From contig CAVHZP010000001.1 in assembly GCA_963640485.1 (NCBI GenBank), forward strand, positions 1 through 49,296: 49,296 nt of DNA, written 5' to 3'. Position numbers and translations under genes: made by a program. This document shows positions 19,679 to 29,644 of the stretch, one piece after another (within the stretch, counting starts at the first letter, position 1; every line of letters begins with the position of its first letter). The notes under the pieces are model-generated. The model did no database searches, was not told where the DNA came from, and worked only from the letters and a program-made list of their open reading frames with translations. The stretch comes from a bacterium (GTDB lineage: Bacteria; Bacillota; Negativicutes; Veillonellales; Dialisteraceae).

Positions 19679-20827
19679 ATGAAGAAACAGCAAATGATTC
19701 TTTCCGTGGCTGTGGCCTCCATGCTGCTCACCTCGTCGGTGCTGCCTTCTGTGGCCGATGATCTGGAAGATGAACTGACGGATATCCAGGGACAAATCGA
19801 CGAATCCAGAGCCACTCAGGCAAGCTGGCAGGAAGTAATCGAGCAGGTGGCAGTGAAGCTCAAAGCTATCCAGGCAGAGCTGGACGTGGCCACCGCGCGG
19901 CTCACGGAAATCCAGAACGAGCAGGCGAAAATCAATGCCCAGATTCGCCAGACCGAAGAGGACATCCGCAAGGCAGAGGCTTATCTGGCGCAGCGCCAGC
20001 AGGTCCTGAGCCTCCGCGTCCGTTCCATTTACAAATTCGGCCAGCTGAATTATCTCGAAGTCATCATGGGCGCGAAAAGTTTCAGCGATTTCGCAAACCG
20101 CCTGGAACTTTTGAAACGCATCATCCAGTCTGACTACAATCTGATCCTGGAAATCCAGGACCAGAAAGCAAAAATCGAGACGAAGAAGCAGGAACTTCTG
20201 CAGGACAAAGCGCGTCTTGACGCCTTGGCAGCCGAAGCGCAGAAGGCACAGGACGAAGTGGCGAAGAAGAAGGCAGAGCAGCAAGCCGTCATGGACGAAG
20301 CTCGCGCCAATAGAGCCGCCGCCGCCCAGATGGAAGAAGACCTCATCGCCCGCTCTAATGCGGTCAAAGACCTCATTGAAGAGCGCAAACGCCAGCGTGC
20401 AATCGCTGAAAGTGGCGGCAGCGACGCCGGCTATGCCCAGGGCACCGGGCAGCTCGGCTGGCCTTGCAACGGCGTCATCACTTCGCCCCAGGGCTACCGC
20501 GTGCACCCGATTTTCGGCACCACCATTTATCACTCCGGCATGGATATCGGCGTAGACTACGGCACTCCGATTCATGCCGCCGATAGCGGTACCGTCATTT
20601 ATTCCGGATGGATCAGCGGTTATGGCAATGCCGTCATCATCGACCACGGCAATGGCATGGAAACGCTCTACGGCCACAACCAGTCCCTCTATGTATCGGA
20701 AGGGCAAAATGTATCGAAAGGCGAAGTCATCGCCGGCGCCGGTTCCACCGGCAATTCGACAGGCCCCCATTGTCACTTTGAAGTACGGATCAACGGCTCG
20801 CCGGTGGATCCGATGGGTTACTTGTAA
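19679..20827 (+). CDS. Coiled-coil + M23 (LytM) peptidase, EnvC-like FtsEX partner
   Basis: Signal peptide, long coiled coil, HSGMDIG and GPHCHFEV zinc motifs, GYGNAVIIDH. Confidence 0.9.
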   Translation: MKKQQMILSVAVASMLLTSSVLPSVADDLEDELTDIQGQIDESRATQASWQEVIEQVAVKLKAIQAELDVATARLTEIQNEQAKINAQIRQTEEDIRKAEAYLAQRQQVLSLRVRSIYKFGQLNYLEVIMGAKSFSDFANRLELLKRIIQSDYNLILEIQDQKAKIETKKQELLQDKARLDALAAEAQKAQDEVAKKKAEQQAVMDEARANRAAAAQMEEDLIARSNAVKDLIEERKRQRAIAESGGSDAGYAQGTGQLGWPCNGVITSPQGYRVHPIFGTTIYHSGMDIGVDYGTPIHAADSGTVIYSGWISGYGNAVIIDHGNGMETLYGHNQSLYVSEGQNVSKGEVIAGAGSTGNSTGPHCHFEVRINGSPVDPMGYL

Positions 20828-21969
20828 TGAAAAATTGGAAATACTATGCGAAAGTGGGGCTTCCCGCCTTCGCAGCCGGCGTCATTTGTACCGCATCTTT
20901 CTTCGGAGGTGCGGTACTCCGCTTTACGGACGATCCCGGCGCATTCATGGGCTTTCTCACGGATTTTCAGGAAATTAAGAAAAACTATTTCCGGCCCATT
21001 TCCGATAAAGACCTTTTGAACGGCGCTTCTACGGGCATGTTTGCCGCGGTGGGGGACCCTTACACCGTGGTCCTTTCGGGAGAGAAATATGATTCCTTCA
21101 TGGAAGGCACCACCGGTGAATACGGCGGCATTGGCGTGGTCATCGGTATCAACAAGGAAAACAAGCCGGTGATCATCAATGTATTCTCCCAGGGAAGTGC
21201 CGGCAACGCGGGCCTTCTGGCGGGGGACGTGATTCTTTCCGTCGATGGGAAATCCACCGAAGAGCTGGGTCTCAATGGCACCGCCTCCGCCGTGCGGGGC
21301 GAGAAGGGGACCACCGTGGAAATCGATGTGGAAAGAAATGGGGAAACCCTACACTTCACCGTAGAACGCTCAGAAATCACCATGCCCACCGTGCAGAGCT
21401 TCATGGCAGACGAAGGTATCGGCTATATCCACATCTACACCTTCGGCAAACACACGGCTGACGAATTCCGCGACCAGTTAGCGTCCCTCAAAATTTTGGG
21501 AGCGAAGAAACTCATCATCGACGTCCGTATGAATCCCGGCGGCCTCATTGACTCCGTGGTATCTGTGGCAAACCAGATCCTCACCAAAGGCACCGTGGTC
21601 AGCTATCACACCAAAGATGGAAACGCTGAGTCCTATGACATCGAAGGCGTAGAAGAACCTATGCCTCTTGCAATCCTCATCGATCATAACAGCGCCAGCG
21701 CCTCCGAAATCCTCGCCGGCGCCGTGCAGGACAAAAAGGAAGGCATTATCCTAGGCGAAAATAGCTTTGGTAAGGGGACAGTGCAGGCTATCTTTGATAC
21801 AGGCGAAAAGAAAGCCCTCAAAATTTCCATCGCCGAGTACCGCACGCCGTCAGGCAAGACCATCGACAAAGTGGGAATCGCCCCTGATGAAACGGTGGAG
21901 CAAACCGGCTTCCTCTTCGATAAGGAGACCGATTCGGTGTATAAGAGAGCTGTGGAACGGTTGAAATGA
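20827..21969 (+). CDS. S41 carboxy-terminal processing protease with PDZ domain (CtpA-like)
   Basis: DPYT, GGIGV, DVRMNPGG, SASASEILAGA, GKGTVQ motifs. Confidence 0.93.
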   Translation: MKNWKYYAKVGLPAFAAGVICTASFFGGAVLRFTDDPGAFMGFLTDFQEIKKNYFRPISDKDLLNGASTGMFAAVGDPYTVVLSGEKYDSFMEGTTGEYGGIGVVIGINKENKPVIINVFSQGSAGNAGLLAGDVILSVDGKSTEELGLNGTASAVRGEKGTTVEIDVERNGETLHFTVERSEITMPTVQSFMADEGIGYIHIYTFGKHTADEFRDQLASLKILGAKKLIIDVRMNPGGLIDSVVSVANQILTKGTVVSYHTKDGNAESYDIEGVEEPMPLAILIDHNSASASEILAGAVQDKKEGIILGENSFGKGTVQAIFDTGEKKALKISIAEYRTPSGKTIDKVGIAPDETVEQTGFLFDKETDSVYKRAVERLK

Positions 21970-21985
21970 GGGTAGCGTGTTTTAT

Positions 21986-22231
21986 CGCTATCGGTTTTGT
22001 AGTCGGTAGTCGGTAGCCGGTAGTCAGGGCGCGTTTGGTTGCTGGTTCATATGGGATTATTACCGCAAGTGGTGGCATTATGTATCGCTGGCAGCAACTG
22101 CGTCCTAACCGCGGACTACCAATTTTCTAAGCATCATCCAGCCTGGGGCCACCTTCTTCAGGGAAGAAGGCAAATAGAAGAAGCAGGCAAATGTGGCCTG
22201 ACTACTGATTACTAATTACTGATTACTAAAC
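21986..22231. repeat. Heptamer-arm foldback element, copy E1
   Basis: Left arm CGCTATCGGTTTTG(TAGTCGG)2 TAGCCGG TAGTCAG GGCGCGTTTGG (21986-22038); inverted right arm CAAATGTGGC CTGACTA CTGATTA CTAATTA CTGATTA CTAAAC (22188-22231). Confidence 0.85.
22131..22184 (+). repeat. REP-like module GCATCATCC...CCACCTTCTTCAGGGAAGAAGGC nested in E1
   Basis: Near-identical to 22925-22979 (2 substitutions and 1 indel); contains hairpin CCTTCTTC-AGG-GAAGAAGG. Confidence 0.85.
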
Positions 22232-22281
22232 AAAAAAGGGAGTACCGAAATGATGACTCATTTCGTTACTCCTTTTTGTTT
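22228..22281. terminator. Bidirectional intrinsic terminator between convergent ctpA and queF
   Basis: AAACAAAAAAGGGAGTACCGAAATGA-loop-TCATTTCGTTACTCCTTTTTGTTT. Confidence 0.8.
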
Positions 22282-22774
22282 ATCTATTATCCACTTTTTC
22301 CGGGTGCATATCATGGCGGAGAAGGCGGTAGCGGGCGAAGTCGCGCCACTCGGTGCCTGGGATGCCGTAGTTGCAGTAGGGGTCGATGGAGAGGCCGCCT
22401 CTAGGGAGGAATTTGCCCCAGACTTCGATGTAGCGGGGGCGGAGGAGTTTGATGAGGTCGGTCATGATGATGTTCACGCAGTCTTCGTGAAAGTCGCCGT
22501 GGTTTCTGAAGGAGAAGAGGTAGAGTTTCAGGGATTTGCTTTCTACCATGTACTGGTCGGGAATGTAGGAAATGTAGATGGTAGCAAAGTCGGGCTGCCC
22601 GGTCTTGGGGCAGAGGCTGGTGAATTCGGGGCAGTTGAATTTTATGAAGAAGTCTCTGTCAGCGTGTTTGTTGGGGATTTTCTCCAAGAGGTTCGGGTTG
22701 TAGTCGTAGGTGTATTTGGTGTTCTGATTTCCCAGCTGTTTGAGCTGGTCTAATCCTTCACGGGTTTCGGACAT
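22280..22774 (-). CDS. queF: NADPH-dependent preQ0 reductase (unimodular QueF)
   Basis: [42 protein letters not shown] motifs. Confidence 0.97.
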   Translation of the reverse strand: MSETREGLDQLKQLGNQNTKYTYDYNPNLLEKIPNKHADRDFFIKFNCPEFTSLCPKTGQPDFATIYISYIPDQYMVESKSLKLYLFSFRNHGDFHEDCVNIIMTDLIKLLRPRYIEVWGKFLPRGGLSIDPYCNYGIPGTEWRDFARYRLLRHDMHPEKVDNR

Positions 22775-22795
22775 GGGAGTATTTCCTTTCTTTGT

Positions 22796-23029
22796 TGGTT
22801 TGAGGGATAGGGGATAAGGGATAAGGGATAAGGCGCATTTGACTGATTAATCCAATATTCTAAGCCTTCTTCTCTGAAGAGGGTGCCCGTAGGGTGGGTG
22901 ATGCTTCACTCCTCACTTTCGTAGGCATCATCCGGCCTGGCGGCCACCTTCTTCAGGGAAGAAGGCAAATCGAAGAAGCCGCTAAACGCGTCCTTATCCC
23001 TTATCCCCTATCCCTTATCCCTAATAAAC
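22796..23029. repeat. Heptamer-arm foldback element, copy E2 (GGGATAA variant) enclosing two inverted REP-like modules
   Basis: (RGGGATA)4 AGGCGCATTTGA at 22803-22842 and AAACGCGTCC(YTATCCC)4 TAATAAAC at 22984-23029; inner inverted modules at 22864-22904 and 22925-22979. Confidence 0.85.
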
Positions 23030-23031
23030 AG

Positions 23032-24609
23032 TTAAATTTTCTTCGCCGCTTCCATCAGCTGGTTTTCATTGTTGCTTCCGGGGAACCATTGGATGCGGAG
23101 GGGGATGTGGAAGGTTTTTTCGAAGTCTTTCAGAAGGTGGCCGGTGGCGTGGGCGGGGACGTCGAAGTTTTCCAGGTTGGTGTAGATGCGCAGGTCCATG
23201 GCGTGGGAGCAGGAGGTGCAGACGAGGCGGGTGATGGAGTGTTCCTGGCTTTCGTCGAGGCCTTCAGCGAGGGCGAGGAAGAGGGAGAGCATGCGTACCT
23301 GGCGCATTTGCGCGGCGGTCAGGATGTGGGCCTGGCCATTGGCTTTCAAATATTTCCCGGAGTAGCCGTGGTGGAAGGCACAGATGAGGGAGCACATGAC
23401 TTGTTCGCTGTGGGACCAGCCGAAGATGTGGGCGTTGGCGGCCATGTAGGCACTGTGGCGGGCGTGGCTGTAGTAGTTGATCAGATTTCCTATGTCATGA
23501 AGGAGGGCGGCGGCGGTGAGGATGTCGCGCATGCGGCGGTCCAGGCCATGGACTTTCTGCCACTGGTCGAAGAGGGAGAGGGCCATGGCGGTGACGTAGT
23601 GGGTGTGGAAGGTGTATTCCATGGGCAGGGTGTCCAGGTAGTTTTGGACGGAGCTTTGGAGCATGTCTTTTTCCCGGTGGCCGTCATTGTCGTAGAGGGG
23701 GTCGTAGTAGTGGAAGAAGAGTCCTTCTCGGAGGCCGCAGCCGGAAATGGTGAGGTAGGGGGCTTTGGCTTTGCGGATGATTTCCTGTACCACCAGGGCG
23801 CCGGCGACGATGATGTCAGCCCGTTCACTGGAGAGGCCGCTGATTTTCTGGCGTTCTTCGTAGGTTTTGCTGGTGATCATGCGGACTTCTTCGAAAAGGT
23901 CTTCCACCGGGAAATGGTAGTTATGAAGTTTCGGCAGGGGGTAGTTCACGGCGCGCTGGTGGATTTTCGCCAGGTTGCGCACGGTGCCGCCGATGCCGAT
24001 GACTTCCATGGGGACGGTGGGGAACCAGTCGATCTTGGCGAGGACGCCCTGGATGAAATTTTTCATTTCCGTCAGCTTTTCGGCGGTCACATTGCCGGAG
24101 GACTGGAACATTTCCGTCAGCGTCACGGCGCCGATGGGGATGCTGATAGAGCGGATGCGTTTCTTGTCTTTCACCAAAGTGATTTCTACGCTGGCACCGC
24201 CCAGGTCGAAGAGGAGGAAATCTTTCTTATCAATGGTGTGGATGACACCGGAAAATCCCAGGGCTGCTTCGGCTTTGCCGCTGATGATGGTCATGGGGAT
24301 GCCGGTAGAGAGGCGCACACGTTTCAGGAAGGAGGCGCCGTTCACGGCGTTGCGCACGGCAGCGGTGGCGACGGCGAGGACTTTCTTGATGTGCTGCACT
24401 TCGATGATGTGGGCGTAGACGGAAAGGCAACGAAGTGCCCGCTGCTGCGCTTCTTCGGTGAGGATGCGGGTGGAGAGGGTCATGCCTTCGGCAAGACGGA
24501 TGGATTTCTTTTCCTGGTAAATGAGCTTGTAGGCGCCGTGTTCTCCGATCTGCATGATGATGAAGCGGATGGAGTTGGAGCCAAGGTCAATGATGGCGAT
24601 GCGTTCCAT
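23032..24609 (-). CDS. ppx: Ppx/GppA-family exopolyphosphatase with C-terminal HD-like domain
   Basis: AIIDLGSNSIR, ATAAVRNAVN, DLGGASVE, GIGGTVRNLA, RADII, GLREG, AALLHDIG. Confidence 0.93.
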   Translation of the reverse strand: MERIAIIDLGSNSIRFIIMQIGEHGAYKLIYQEKKSIRLAEGMTLSTRILTEEAQQRALRCLSVYAHIIEVQHIKKVLAVATAAVRNAVNGASFLKRVRLSTGIPMTIISGKAEAALGFSGVIHTIDKKDFLLFDLGGASVEITLVKDKKRIRSISIPIGAVTLTEMFQSSGNVTAEKLTEMKNFIQGVLAKIDWFPTVPMEVIGIGGTVRNLAKIHQRAVNYPLPKLHNYHFPVEDLFEEVRMITSKTYEERQKISGLSSERADIIVAGALVVQEIIRKAKAPYLTISGCGLREGLFFHYYDPLYDNDGHREKDMLQSSVQNYLDTLPMEYTFHTHYVTAMALSLFDQWQKVHGLDRRMRDILTAAALLHDIGNLINYYSHARHSAYMAANAHIFGWSHSEQVMCSLICAFHHGYSGKYLKANGQAHILTAAQMRQVRMLSLFLALAEGLDESQEHSITRLVCTSCSHAMDLRIYTNLENFDVPAHATGHLLKDFEKTFHIPLRIQWFPGSNNENQLMEAAKKI

Positions 24610-24733
24610 AGGTTCTCCTTACGTTTTTCTTGTTGTAGTTAAGAATAGCTTTTGCTTTCGATATGTAATTCTATTTTACAACATAGTTGCATTTATGAAA
24701 AGGAGAGATGGATTTCCTAAAAGAGGGGTTTTG

Positions 24734-24742
24734 TGATATACT
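24734..24742 (+). promoter_or_regulatory. Putative extended -10 promoter for the cydB-like gene
   Basis: TGnTATACT (TGATATACT), placed upstream of repeat E3 and the ORF. Confidence 0.45.
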
Positions 24743-24756
24743 TTGTAGGAAATAAA

Positions 24757-24888
24757 GATTTAGTAATCGGTAGTCAGTGGTCAGTAGCCGGTAGCTGGAG
24801 ACAGTTGGAGACAATAGCGAACGCGACTGGCGGATAGCGGAAAACACACCTGACCACTGACTACCGATTACCGACTACCGACTACTTT
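24757..24888. repeat. Heptamer-arm foldback element, copy E3 (in the probable 5' UTR of the cydB-like gene)
   Basis: GATTTAG TAATCGG TAGTCAG TGGTCAG TAGCCGG ... CCTGACCA CTGACTA CCGATTA CCGACTA CCGACTA C. Confidence 0.85.
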
Positions 24889-24906
24889 TTCAAATGGAGG
24901 ATACAT

Positions 24907-25818
24907 ATGGATTCGAATGTGCTTTTGGCACCCCTTGGATTTTTAGGAATGTATATGCTCTTGGAGTCTTGCGACTGGGGGCTTTCTTTGGCGGCTCCGT
25001 TCGCTTGTAGAAATCAGGAGGAGAATGAGGCGGTGCTGGGCGTCATGAAGCCGGGCATCGATGGCAATGAAGCTTGGTTTTTCCTGGGGCTGGTGCTCAT
25101 GGGGGCGGCGGTGCCCATCGCCGGCGGCGTATCACCATTTCCTGTGGCTCTTTTGATGGGGCTTGTAGGGCTCGGCGCGTTGCTTCGTATCGCCGGCTGC
25201 TATGGCAGGAAATCTTTGGGATCCTCTCTTGTAATGAAGGGGCTCTGCGCTTTTTCTGTGATTTCCATGGGTGCCTTGGGACTTTTCGCCGGTTCCCTCG
25301 TTTCTGAGGACGGCGGTATGCTCTCTGCTTTGGGCATTGTGAGTGCGCTGTGGTGCATTCTCGCCGCGTTCCAGGTGGGCGCTCTCTTTGGGGCAGCGAA
25401 AATAGTGAATCCTTTGGGCGAACGGTTCCGCGCAGCGTTCCTGGTTTCCTCTGTGCTGAGTCTGGTGCTCTTCCTTGCCACCGCTATGGTTTTAGGTGGC
25501 GCAGTAGGGGATGTGCCTTTCTTCTGGGCAGGGCTCGGTCTTTCGGTGGTGCTTCAGGTGGCTGCATTCTTCCTCACCCGTATGCGTCAGGTGATGGCAG
25601 GGCTCGCGGCTTTGTATGTTTCCTTCGCCGCTTCGCTGGCCCTTTACTTTGCGGGCATCGGCGCGGGCATGGAAAAAATTCACGGCGCTCATCTCGCTTC
25701 GACAGGTGCGGAACCGGATACCATGATCTTGGCAGCCGTCACCGGCTGGACGGTGGCTGTTTTCCTGTGGCGCCTTTCCCGTAAGAAGGAAAGCTATGAG
25801 TGGAAGGATCACATTTGA
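24907..25818 (+). CDS. Divergent cytochrome bd oxidase subunit II (CydB)-like membrane protein
   Basis: YMLLESCDWGLSLAAPF...PGIDGNEAWFFLG resembles the CydB N-terminal 'LDGFDFGVG...PHWDGNEVWL' signature; about 8-9 hydrophobic helices; GGAGG RBS. Confidence 0.65.
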   Translation: MDSNVLLAPLGFLGMYMLLESCDWGLSLAAPFACRNQEENEAVLGVMKPGIDGNEAWFFLGLVLMGAAVPIAGGVSPFPVALLMGLVGLGALLRIAGCYGRKSLGSSLVMKGLCAFSVISMGALGLFAGSLVSEDGGMLSALGIVSALWCILAAFQVGALFGAAKIVNPLGERFRAAFLVSSVLSLVLFLATAMVLGGAVGDVPFFWAGLGLSVVLQVAAFFLTRMRQVMAGLAALYVSFAASLALYFAGIGAGMEKIHGAHLASTGAEPDTMILAAVTGWTVAVFLWRLSRKKESYEWKDHI

Positions 25819-25840
25819 TTTTTTAGAAATATGAGGTGTC

Positions 25841-26008
25841 ATGATGGGAGAATTGTATAAAACCCAGCATACCATTGACGAAATGCTGGACCGTATGGGC
25901 GTGAAAATCGTATTGGACTCGGAACACTTGAGCGAAGAGGATCGTTTCGAAGCAGAGAAACAGGGCTCTTCGGTGGTGCTGAAAAAGGTGGAAAAGAAGG
26001 AAGAATAA
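25841..26008 (+). CDS. Small hypothetical protein, 55 aa (below the ORF-track cutoff)
   Basis: RBS GAGGTG at 25833-25838; MMGELYKTQHTIDEMLDRMGVKIVLDSEHLSEEDRFEAEKQGSSVVLKKVEKKEE; followed directly by a terminator. Confidence 0.75.
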   Translation: MMGELYKTQHTIDEMLDRMGVKIVLDSEHLSEEDRFEAEKQGSSVVLKKVEKKEE

Positions 26009-26050
26009 AAAAACGGCGATTTCCGCAGGAGGCGGGAATCGCCGTTTTTT
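26007..26050 (+). terminator. Intrinsic terminator
   Basis: AAAAAACGGCGATTTCCGC-loop-GCGGGAATCGCCGTTTTTT. Confidence 0.85.
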
Positions 26051-26061
26051 AGTGCTACTGC

Positions 26062-26283
26062 CGCTGGTGCGAACATGTTGCTGTAGCTCCTAGCTCCTAG
26101 CTGCTGGCTTCTAGCCGGATAGAGAAACATCTCACGCATCCCGCGATTAGTGGAAGCGGGAAATAGTTTGCTTACCGCGCTAATTGCGTAAGTTTTACGC
26201 GCATAGCGCTTAGCGGTGAGTCTGTCGTACTAGCTGACTAGCAGCCAGCAGCCAGGAGCTACAGCACCATGTACGCACCAGCG
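26062..26283. repeat. Heptamer-arm foldback element, second subfamily (TAGCTGC-type), copy E4
   Basis: CGCTGGTGCGAACATGTTGCTG TAGCTCC TAGCTCC TAGCTGC TGGCTTC TAGCCGG ... inverted ...TAGCAGCCAGCAGCCAGGAGCTACAGCACCATGTACGCACCAGCG; homologous to 45505-45747. Confidence 0.85.
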
Positions 26284-26290
26284 TAGGCTA

Positions 26291-26349
26291 ACCTCCGCCC
26301 TTCGGCCCCTCCCCCCCTTCCAGAGGAAGTGGGGGGAGGGGCCGAAGGC
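26291..26349. repeat. GC-rich palindromic (REP-like) hairpin
   Basis: CCTTCGGCCCCTCCCCCC...GGGGGGAGGGGCCGAAGG long stem. Confidence 0.7.
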
Positions 26350-26352
26350 TCT

Positions 26353-26394
26353 AAAAAAGCGTGAACATCTCTCGCAAAGATGTTCACGCTTTTT
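26353..26394 (-). terminator. Intrinsic (bidirectional) terminator after the dnaX-recR-bofA operon
   Basis: AAAAAAGCGTGAACATCT-loop-AGATGTTCACGCTTTTT. Confidence 0.85.
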
Positions 26395-26396
26395 GG

Positions 26397-26645
26397 TTAC
26401 AGTATATTGAATATCGCCAGGATCAGGGTGCCGGGGATGCCGAAGAGGGCTACGATGATGCCGTTCATGGTATCCCAGACCATGTGGGTGATGCCCAGGG
26501 TATTGAGCAGCCAGAAGAGGACGCCGCCCATGATGATATTTCCTATGATTTTCTTCACAAATTTGGCAAATAGAAGAAAAGCGAGGACTACGATGATCAC
26601 GCCGGTGATGCCGTAGCCGCCGAGACCGCCTAGTGTTTCCAGCAT
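26397..26645 (-). CDS. BofA-family small membrane protein (pro-sigmaK processing inhibitor-like)
   Basis: Hydrophobic 82 aa with NIIMGGVLFWLLN...IVALFGIPG pattern; syntenic position after recR as in the Bacillus dnaX-yaaK-recR-yaaL-bofA locus; GGAGG RBS. Confidence 0.75.
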   Translation of the reverse strand: MLETLGGLGGYGITGVIIVVLAFLLFAKFVKKIIGNIIMGGVLFWLLNTLGITHMVWDTMNGIIVALFGIPGTLILAIFNIL

Positions 26646-26654
26646 ATTGCCTCC

Positions 26655-27245
26655 TTAGAGTTCTTTTCTGTTTTCCACAGCGCCGGCGAGGGTGAGGCTG
26701 TCAGCGAAGCCGATGTCTCCGCCCATGGGGATGCCGCGACCGATGCGGCTGACTTTGATGCCGGTAGGTTTGATGAGCCGCGCCAGGTAGAAGGCAGTGG
26801 CTTCGCCTTCGGTGTCAGGATCGGTGGCGAGGATGATTTCCTTCACCATATCATCTTGCAGGCGGTGGAGGAGTTCTTTGATTTTCAAATCTTCCGGGCC
26901 GATGCCGTCTAAGGGGGAGAGGGCGCCGTGGAGGATGTGGTAGACGCCGCGGTATTCGTGGGTCTGCTCGATGGCCATCATGTCCTGGGGCTGCTCTACC
27001 ACGCAGATGAGGGAGTGGTCTCTCCGGTCATCGTCGCAGATATCGCAGGGGTCTTTGGTGGCGAGATTGCAGCAGACAGAGCAGTAACAGACTTTGCTCT
27101 TGGCTTCCCGGATGGTTTTGAGGAAATCATAAACTTCTTTTTCCGGACGTTCCATCATGAAGTAGGCCAGGCGGCGGGCGCTTTTGACGCCGATGCCCGG
27201 GAGTTTTCTGAATTGCTCTGCCACTTGCTCCAGTTCTTTATTCAT
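26655..27245 (-). CDS. recR: Recombination mediator RecR
   Basis: LPGIGVKSARRLA, C4 zinc finger, ICVVE, YHILHGALSPLDGIGP, EGEATA TOPRIM. Confidence 0.98.
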   Translation of the reverse strand: MNKELEQVAEQFRKLPGIGVKSARRLAYFMMERPEKEVYDFLKTIREAKSKVCYCSVCCNLATKDPCDICDDDRRDHSLICVVEQPQDMMAIEQTHEYRGVYHILHGALSPLDGIGPEDLKIKELLHRLQDDMVKEIILATDPDTEGEATAFYLARLIKPTGIKVSRIGRGIPMGGDIGFADSLTLAGAVENRKEL

Positions 27246-27571
27246 TAGAACATGCCGCCGGGAAGTCCGAGGCCGCCGGTGACTTCGCTCATGCTCTTGG
27301 AAACCATTTCATCAGCTTTCTTGCCGGCTTCATTCACAGCGGTGGTGATGAGGTCTTCGAGCATTTCCGGATCATTCGGGTCGATGGCGTCTTTGGAAAT
27401 TTTCAGGGACGTGATCTGGTGTTCGCCGCTCATGGAGAGGGAGATAGCGCCGCCGCCGACGGATACGTCAACGGTCTGTTTTTTCAATTCTTCCTGTTTC
27501 TTCTGCAGGTCTTCCTGCATTTTGCGGGCTTTTTTCAGCATGCTCTGCATCTGTGCTTTATTTCCGAACAT
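27245..27571 (-). CDS. YbaB/EbfC nucleoid-associated protein
   Basis: MLKKARKMQE...GGG...IDPNDPEMLEDLITTAVNEA; between dnaX and recR. Confidence 0.95.
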   Translation of the reverse strand: MFGNKAQMQSMLKKARKMQEDLQKKQEELKKQTVDVSVGGGAISLSMSGEHQITSLKISKDAIDPNDPEMLEDLITTAVNEAGKKADEMVSKSMSEVTGGLGLPGGMF

Positions 27572-27612
27572 TGGGGGATTCCTCCTTGTAACAAAAGGCT
27601 GGTTCAGCCATA

Positions 27613-29607
<1,995 letters not shown>

Positions 29608-29644
29608 AGATGCCTCCGGGGTATAGAGATGAAATACGGTAGTT

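Noticed and set aside
13615..20776. Antisense ORFs 13615..15111, 15218..16279, 16854..18062 and 19124..20776
   Set aside because: They overlap well-supported plus-strand genes; no family features.
22775..22860. preQ1 riboswitch expected upstream of queF
   Set aside because: No recognisable preQ1 stem-loop with A-rich tail; the region is occupied by repeat E2.
22894..24642. 582-aa plus-strand ORF
   Set aside because: Antisense shadow of ppx that starts inside a repeat element; V/G/D-rich composition typical of reverse frames.
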